A program made the position numbers and the translations under genes. Of a stretch of DNA of 64,000 nt, positions 57,917-64,000 are shown one piece after another (the first letter of the stretch is position 1; each line of letters opens with the position of its first letter). Source of the stretch: an uncultured Acidobacteriota bacterium (GTDB taxonomy: Bacteria > Acidobacteriota > Vicinamibacteria > Vicinamibacterales > 2-12-FULL-66-21); NCBI GenBank assembly GCA_963742265.1, contig CAVULC010000012.1, positions 1,636 through 65,635 of the forward strand. The letters run 5' to 3'. The notes beneath the pieces were generated by a model. The model ran no database searches, had not been told where the DNA came from, and saw only the letters and a list, made by a program, of their open reading frames with translations.

Positions 57917-59971
57917 CTATCGACCGAGCTGTTGTTTTGCCGCGTCAACGACGCGTGCGGGTTCGAAGCCGAACTTCCGCTGCAGTTCTTTCAATGGCGC
58001 CGAAGCGCCGAACGTCTTCATGCCGATGACCTGTCCGCGCAGCCCCACGTATCGTTCCCACCCGAGGGTCGACGCCTGCTCGACCGCGACCCGCGCGGTG
58101 ATCGACGGGGGCAGCACCGCGTCGCGGTACTCGGCCGGCTGATCGTCGAACAGTTCCCACGATGGCATGCTGACAACGCGGCTTCGGATCCCTTCCTTCG
58201 TCAGCGATTCGTGTGCCGCAACACACAACGATACTTCGCTGCCGGTGCCGATCAGGAGCACCTCAGGATTTCCGCCGGCCGCATCGGCGAGGACGTAGGC
58301 GCCCCTGGCCAGGCCGGATGCGGCCGCGTACCTGGTGCGGTCGAGTGTGGGCAGCGCCTGCCGCGAGAGCACGAGCGCAACCGGCTCGTGACGCAGGCCG
58401 AGCGTGTACCGCCACGCTTCGGCGACCTCGTTCGCGTCACACGGCCGAATCGTCACGAGTCCTGGGATGGCGCGCAGCGACAGGATCTGTTCGACCGGCT
58501 GGTGCGTTGGACCATCTTCGCCGACACCGATCGAATCGTGCGTGAACACGTAGATGACCGGGATCTCCATGATCGCGGCGAGCCGGATCGGCGCGCGGCC
58601 GTAATCGCTGAAGATCAGGAACCCCGATCCGTACGGACGGATCTTCGACAGCGACAGGCCGTTCATCACCGCACCCATCGCGTGCTCGCGGATGCCGAAA
58701 TGGAAGTTGCGTCCGGTGTACGAGCCGGCCTCGAAGTCGCCGGCACCATCGAAGGTCAGGCGCGTCTTGGTCGACGGCGCGAGATCGGCGGCTCCGCCGA
58801 TCAGCCACGGAATCCGCTGCGCCACCGCGTTGAGGACCTTTGCCGACGCGTCACGGCCGGCGACGCCTTTCGAATCCGCGGCGAAGGTGGGGATCGTCTG
58901 ATCCCATCCGTCGGGCAACTGGCGATGCTGCATGCGGAACAGCTGGTCGGCTTCGGCCGGATATTTGGCCTTGTAGGCGTCGAACCGTGCGAGCCACTCC
59001 TTGCGCAGCTTCGCACCGCGGGCGCCCATGCCGGCGGCGAAGTGGTCGTAGACGCCGTCAGGCACGAGAAATCGAGCGTCCTCCGGCCAGCCGTAGAACC
59101 GCTTGGCCGCGCGGATCTCGTCTTCGCCGAGCGGTTCGCCGTGCGCGGCGTGGGTATCCTGTTTCGTCGGCGCACCGTAACCGATATGGCTGTCGACGAT
59201 GATCAGCGTCGGACGTCCGGTCGTCTTCTTGAAGGTCGTGAACGCGCGCTCGAGCATCTCGAGATCGTTGGCGTCGCCGACGCGGGTCACGTTCCACCCG
59301 TACGAAATGAATCGCGTCGCCACGTCCTCGCTGAATGCCAGCGCCGTCCGCCCCTCGATCGTGATTCGGTTGTTGTCGTAGATCCAGGCGAGGTTATCGA
59401 GCTGCAGGTGACCTGCGAGCGATGCCGCTTCGGACGAGATGCCTTCCATCAGACATCCGTCGCCGGCCAGCGCGTAGACGTCGTAGCCGAACATCGGAAA
59501 GTCCGGACGGTTGAAGTGCGCCGCCATCCATTTTCCGGCGATCGCCATCCCGACGCTGGTCGCGACACCCTGGCCGAGTGGACCCGTGGTCGTTTCGATC
59601 CCCGACGTCCAGCGATATTCGGGATGACCAGGACACTTGCTTTCGAGCTGCCGGAAACTCCTGATGTCGTCGAGGCTGACCGAGAGCGTGCCGAGCGTCT
59701 CGTACTTCGGGTTGACGGCTTTGACACCCGCCAGGTGCAGCAACGAATACAGGAGCATAGACGCATGCCCCATCGAGAGCACGAACCGGTCGCGATCAGG
59801 CCAGATCGGATCGTCGGGATCGAAGCGGAGGTGGCGCTGCCAGAGCGTGTACGCGACCGGGGCCATCGCCATCGGTGTTCCGGGATGGCCGGAGTTCGCC
59901 TGCTGGACCGCGTCCATCGCGAGCGTACGAATGGTATTGATGCTGAGGGTGTCGAGGTCTTTTGTCGGCAT
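57917..59971 (-). CDS. tkt: transketolase
   Basis: ORF 57917..60025. ...NSGHPGTPMAMAPVAYTLW...DRDRFVLSMGHASMLLYSLLHL...GPLGQG.... The inner ATG at 59971 (MPTKDLDTLSINTIR) is the likelier start. Confidence 0.9.
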   Translation of the reverse strand: MPTKDLDTLSINTIRTLAMDAVQQANSGHPGTPMAMAPVAYTLWQRHLRFDPDDPIWPDRDRFVLSMGHASMLLYSLLHLAGVKAVNPKYETLGTLSVSLDDIRSFRQLESKCPGHPEYRWTSGIETTTGPLGQGVATSVGMAIAGKWMAAHFNRPDFPMFGYDVYALAGDGCLMEGISSEAASLAGHLQLDNLAWIYDNNRITIEGRTALAFSEDVATRFISYGWNVTRVGDANDLEMLERAFTTFKKTTGRPTLIIVDSHIGYGAPTKQDTHAAHGEPLGEDEIRAAKRFYGWPEDARFLVPDGVYDHFAAGMGARGAKLRKEWLARFDAYKAKYPAEADQLFRMQHRQLPDGWDQTIPTFAADSKGVAGRDASAKVLNAVAQRIPWLIGGAADLAPSTKTRLTFDGAGDFEAGSYTGRNFHFGIREHAMGAVMNGLSLSKIRPYGSGFLIFSDYGRAPIRLAAIMEIPVIYVFTHDSIGVGEDGPTHQPVEQILSLRAIPGLVTIRPCDANEVAEAWRYTLGLRHEPVALVLSRQALPTLDRTRYAAASGLARGAYVLADAAGGNPEVLLIGTGSEVSLCVAAHESLTKEGIRSRVVSMPSWELFDDQPAEYRDAVLPPSITARVAVEQASTLGWERYVGLRGQVIGMKTFGASAPLKELQRKFGFEPARVVDAAKQQLGR

Positions 59972-60039
59972 GGCAAGACGCTGGGAAAATGTCGGTGCCC
60001 TTCCCGGTAGCATAAAGCCGGCCACGTATAATCCACGCC

Positions 60040-63000
60040 TTGGGCCTTACACCCGGCACCCGTCTCGGCACCTTTGAGATCGTCGCCAAGATCGGCGAAG
60101 GCGGAATGGGCGAGGTCTACCGCGCGCGGGACAGCAAGCTGGACCGGGACGTGGCGATCAAGGTGCTCCCGCAGTCCGTTGCCGCCGATCCGGACACACT
60201 GGCCCGCTTCGAGCGCGAGGCGAAAGCGGTCGCGGCGCTCTCTCATCAGAACATCCTGGCGATCCACGATTTCGGCAACCACGACGGCATCGCCTACGCC
60301 GTGATGGAGTTCCTCGAAGGGGAGACGCTGCGCGGCAAGCTCGACGCCGGTCCGATCGCCGAGAAGCAGGCCGTGGACTATGCGATCCAGGTGGCGCGGG
60401 GTCTCTCCGCCGCGCACGGGAAGGGCATCGTTCATCGGGACCTGAAGCCCGAGAACCTCTTCGTTACCCACGACGGCCACTTGAAGATCCTCGACTTCGG
60501 CCTGGCGAAGCGAGTCGAGACGGTGGCGACGGAGATGACCGCGCCAACGCGCTCCGGCCACACGGAGCCCGGAACGATCCTGGGGACCGCCGGCTACATG
60601 TCGCCGGAGCAGGTGAAGGGATTTCCGGTCGACCACCGCTCCGACATCTTCTCGTTCGGAACGATCCTCTACGAGCTGCTCTCGGGCACAGCGGGCGTTC
60701 AAGCGCGAGACGAACGTCGAGACGATGGCGGCGATCATGCGAGACGAGCCGCCGGAGCTGTCGGAGTCGGGGCGGATCATTTCCCCGGCACTCGATCGCA
60801 TCGTCAGGCATTGCCTCGAGAAGGACCGGGATCATCGGTTCCAGTCGGCGCGGGACATCGCGTTCAACCTCCAGGAGCAGTCCTCGTCAAGCGTCAGCAG
60901 CGGTGCGCACGAACCTCGGTCCGCTCAGTCAGCGCGGGGGGTTCCGGGTCGCGGTGCTGCCTTTCAAGTACCGCGGGACCAATGCAGATCTCACGGCATT
61001 GACGGACGGACTGTCCGAGGAAATCGTCACCGGCCTCTCCCGCTTTTCCTACCTGAGAGTCATCGCGCGCAGCGCGACGTCGCGTTATGCGAATGAGGCG
61101 GTTGACGTCCGCGTCGCCGGCAAGGAACTCGGCGCGCGCTACGTGATGGACGGCACGCTGCGGCAGGCGGGCACAAAGTTGCGCCTCGCGGTGCAGCTGG
61201 TGGACGCAGCCTCCGGTGCACACCTCTGGGCTGAGAACTACGAGCGCACTTTCAGCCCCGAAGCGGCGTTCGAGCTGCAGGACGATCTCGTTCCGCGCAT
61301 CGTCTCCACGTGCGCCGACCGTTTCGGCGTGCTGGCGCGGAGCATCAGCGACGCCGTCCGGGGAGCGGCACCCGGCCAGGTCGGTCCGTACGAGGCACTC
61401 ATGCGCGGCTTCGGATATCACCAGCGCCTGACCCCTGCCGATCATGCGGAGGCGCGCGAGGCGCTGGAACGGGCGGTCGAACGTGCGCCGTCGAATGCGG
61501 ACTGCTGGGCCATGCTCTCGTGGATCTACTCCCACGAGTATGCCCATGGCTTCAACGTCCGGCCGGGTTCACTCGAGCGGGCGTTAGCGGCGGCGCGACG
61601 CGCCGTTGACATCGCTCCTTCGAATCCGCTCGCACAGCAGGCCCTCGCCGTCGTCTCGTTCTTCCGCAAGGAGATTGCAGGGTGTCTGAGCGCCGCCGAG
61701 CGCGCGCTGGCGCTCAATCCCCTCGACACCAGCAACGAGGCGATGTTCCTGATCGCGTTCGCTGGCGATTGGGATCGTGGCTGCGCACTGATCCGTCGCG
61801 CGATGGAGCTCAACCCTCATCATCCACGCTGGTACGGGATGGTTCTGAGCTTCAACGAGTACCGCCTGGCGAACTATCGCGCTGTGATCGACGAGGTCGT
61901 GAAAGCCAACGCGCCCGATGTCTTCTGGACGAACATCATGCTCGCTGCCGCGTACGGCGAACTCGGCGAGCTCGCTGCCGCACGGAGGGCGCTGCGCGAC
62001 CTGCTCGCCCAGAAGGAAGACTTCGCCCAGTCCGGCGCTGAACTGCTCGACAAGTGGTTGGAGCCGGGAGTGGTCGGTTCCCTGATGAAGGGGCTTCACA
62101 AGGCAGGCCTCGAGCGTGCGGGCGAGAAGGGCACCAGGCGCGCGGCGGTCGCGATCGCCGTGCTGCCGTTTTCCGACATGAGCCCGGCGAAGGACCAGGA
62201 GTACCTCTGCGAGGGGATGGCCGAGGAGATCATGAATGCGCTCGTCCCGATCGAAGGGATGCGTGTCGCGTCGCGGACCTCGGCGTTCCGCGCCCGGAAG
62301 GACGGCGGCGACCTGGCTGCAATTGCCGCCGCCCTGTCGGTCACTCACATCCTCGAGGGCAGCGTGCGGACGTCAGGGACGCGGCTGCGGGTGACGGCGC
62401 AGCTCACCGATGTCGCGAGCGGCTACCAGCTCTGGTCGGAGCGATACGACCGCGAGGCCGTCGACATCTTTGCCGTGCAGGACGAGATCAGCGCGGGGGT
62501 CGTGCAGGCGGTGAAGGCTCGGCTCGCTCACGGGGAGCCCAAACTTCGGACGCGCGCGCAGGTCGGTGATCTCGATGCGTATCGGCTTTACTTGAAGGGC
62601 CGATACCTGCGCTACACGAAGAACGATCACGGCGCCGCGCTGCTCTGCTTCGAGCAGGCGACGGCGCTCGATCCCGCGCACGGTCCGTCGTGGATCGGCC
62701 TCGCTGACGCGCGCATGCTGTCGGCCGCCTACGGCTTGACGCCGTCCCGCACTGCCTATGCGGATGCGAAAGCTGCACTGAGAACCGCCGCCAGTCTGCA
62801 GGACGAGTCCGCGGAGGCGCTGTACGTCGAAGGCCTTGTCGCTTTCGGCGAACGACGATGGACGGATGCGGGGCGTCTGCTGGAGCAGGCGACGCAGGCA
62901 GACGGCGGCTACGTCCAGGCGCACTGCTGGACCGGTATTCTCCACTGCATGCACGGACGAATCGACGAAGCGCTCGAAGCGCTCGAGCGTGCCAGGCAGA

Positions 63001-63539
63001 TCGATCCGCTCGGCCCCTACCCATACGGCATGACCGGTATGTGCCTGCTGCAGGCGCAGCGGCCCGAGCAGGCGGACGCGTTCGTCGACCAGGCGCTCGC
63101 CTTCGACAGCGACAACATCCTCGCGCTGTGGGTATCTGGAGCGGCGCTGACGGCGCGGCGACTCTATGCTCCGGGAATCGCGCGGCTCGAACGAGCGGTG
63201 GCTCTCTCGAAAGGCGGTGCGTTTCTCCAGGCCATGCTCGGGTGGGCGTTCGCAGAAGCAGGGAAGATCGATGACGCGAAAGCCGTGCTCGCAGGCCTGC
63301 GCGCCAGACCCGCACCGGCGCCGACCGCGCTCCCGGAGGCGTGGCTGCTGGCCTCGCTCGGGGATCGCGAAGGGGCGTGGCAGGTGCTCGATCGTGCCTG
63401 CGAGGAGAAGCAGCTGCTCGTGTCATTCACGGGCATGCCGGGCCTCGATCTGCTGCGAGCCGATCCGAGGTTCGAGGCGTTCAGGTCGAGGATGGGATTA
63501 CCGGCGGGTGCGTCGGCGGGAAATCATCCCCGCGCCTGA
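60040..63539 (+). CDS. Ser/Thr protein kinase fused to two tandem TolB_N-like plus TPR modules, with no TM segment; two frame shifts
   Basis: Kinase in ORF 60040..61002 (GEGGMGEVYRA, HRDLKPENLF, DFGLAK, GYMSPEQ), continued in 60725..61096 (...MAAIMRDEPPELS...RHCLEKDRDHRF) and then 60903..63539. Shifts near 60690 and 60900-60930. Confidence 0.8.
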
Positions 63540-63555
63540 ACGGGGCCGCCGGTCT

Positions 63556-63759
63556 TCAATCAGCATGGCCAGGGAGTCGGGTACGTTTCGAAGGTCTGGG
63601 CGGGAGTTTCAGATCGCGAAGTCGCCGGGTGGCTTTCCGAATCTCGAGCGCTGGCGCGGCGTACGGGACGATTCGAGCAACCGGCGTGTCGCGGTCGAGC
63701 ACCGTCAACGTGCCGCCATTTCGCACCGACCGCAAATGTTCGCTGAGGCGGGCTTTCAA
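63556..63759 (-). CDS. Phd/YefM-type antitoxin-like protein (no toxin gene adjacent)
   Basis: ORF 63556..63759 (TTG start). ...LKARLSEHLRSVRNGGTLTVLDRDTPVARIVP... matches the Phd/YefM N-terminal pattern. An ATG at 63783 (MSDVP...) would join after a 1-nt shift. Confidence 0.55.
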   Translation of the reverse strand: MKARLSEHLRSVRNGGTLTVLDRDTPVARIVPYAAPALEIRKATRRLRDLKLPPRPSKRTRLPGHAD

Positions 63760-63961
63760 ATCGGCGATGCGGGTACGTCACTCATGACTGATTATGGTCA
63801 CCAAAAGGTCTTGATAACTCAAGTCGCGCGTCACGGTCCATCACTGCAGACGACGATTGAGGTCCGCCTTCGCGCCGGCGGCGCTACGGCGCGACAGCCT
63901 TCGTCTGGCTTGCCGAGCCGATAGCCCGTAGCTCGGCGAAGCGCGGGTGGAGCGAAGGCGG

Positions 63962-64000
63962 TGGCGGAGAGAGTGGGATTCGAACCCACGGTAGAGTTTC
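63962..64000 (-). tRNA. 3' part of a tRNA (probably tRNA-Ser), truncated by the window edge
   Basis: The reverse complement reads ...GAAACTCTACC-GTGGG-TTCGAAT-CCCAC-TCTCTCC-G-CCA. This gives a canonical T-arm, an acceptor 3' strand implying a 5' GGAGAGA, discriminator G and encoded CCA. The sequence 5' of the T-arm fits a long variable arm. Confidence 0.6.

Noticed and set aside
53933-60010. Very long plus-strand ORFs (53933..55000, 55418..56224, 56502..58142, 57932..60010) across the pentose-phosphate cluster
   Set aside because: Each lies exactly antisense to a gene with unmistakable enzyme motifs (gnd, pgi, tal, tkt). Their translations are Arg/Asp/Gly-rich with no domain signatures.
63166-63924. 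252-aa plus-strand ORF running from the kinase 3' end through the antitoxin region
   Set aside because: It is an Arg/Ser-rich shadow frame overlapping two better-supported genes, and it continues through a non-coding structured spacer.
1-64000. Mobile genetic elements, prophage, defence islands (restriction-modification, CRISPR-Cas, retron, abortive-infection-like genes)
   Set aside because: No transposase, integrase, recombinase, reverse transcriptase, nuclease/helicase defence signature or phage structural gene appears in any frame. Apart from the orphan antitoxin, the window looks like core chromosome.

Overview
GC-rich bacterial chromosomal segment. The gene content suggests an Acidobacteriota-like organism (inference): an ADOP-type duplicated FtsX permease, two CarboxypepD_reg-type TonB-dependent receptors, a TIGR02999-like ECF sigma factor, and Ser/Thr kinases with TolB/TPR sensor parts. 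I can support about 45 genes. There is no rRNA, CRISPR array, transposase, integrase or phage gene, and the only RNA gene is a partial tRNA (probably Ser) at the right edge.

Main blocks, left to right:
- 1-4.6 kb, minus strand: an operon-like run of beta-barrel OMP, secreted beta-carbonic anhydrase, secreted protein, sensor-less HisKA_3 kinase and a TLC/Npt-like transporter.
- 5-11.6 kb: a 1468-aa TamB followed by an Omp85 (POTRA plus barrel) gene.
- 11.8-15.3 kb: GT87 membrane glycosyltransferase, lipoprotein, divergent NRAMP and two PRC-barrel proteins.
- 15.3-21.4 kb: TonB-dependent receptor, vanadium-haloperoxidase/PAP2-like protein and ECF sigma.
- 21.4-36.2 kb: SSS symporter, GntR regulator, second TonB-dependent receptor, BNR/sortilin-like protein, M28 peptidase, MDR dehydrogenase, Asp/Glu racemase and S9 peptidase.
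- 36.3-48.7 kb: Ser/Thr kinase, ADOP permease, CadC-like regulator, VOC protein, and a GHL10 plus CBM9 pair.
- 48.8-51.9 kb: a cNMP-binding histidine kinase translationally coupled to a REC/Grx-like/TrxR-like fusion that has lost both redox CxxC motifs.
- 51.9-60 kb: a pentose-phosphate cluster (tkt, tal-pgi fusion, gnd, zwf, ROK glucokinase).
- 60-63.5 kb: a Ser/Thr kinase fused to two tandem TolB_N-like plus TPR modules.
- Right edge: an orphan Phd/YefM-like antitoxin and the tRNA.

Many genes, including housekeeping zwf, are broken by frame shifts. Several breaks sit at short homopolymers. This looks more like indel error in the assembly than real decay, but the sequence alone cannot settle it.

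The candidates I rate highest for novelty are the tamB/omp85 junction (the Omp85 has no start codon or signal peptide of its own), the cNMP-kinase / CxxC-less TrxR-like pair, and the NRAMP variant lacking the canonical metal-binding residues with its PRC-barrel partners.
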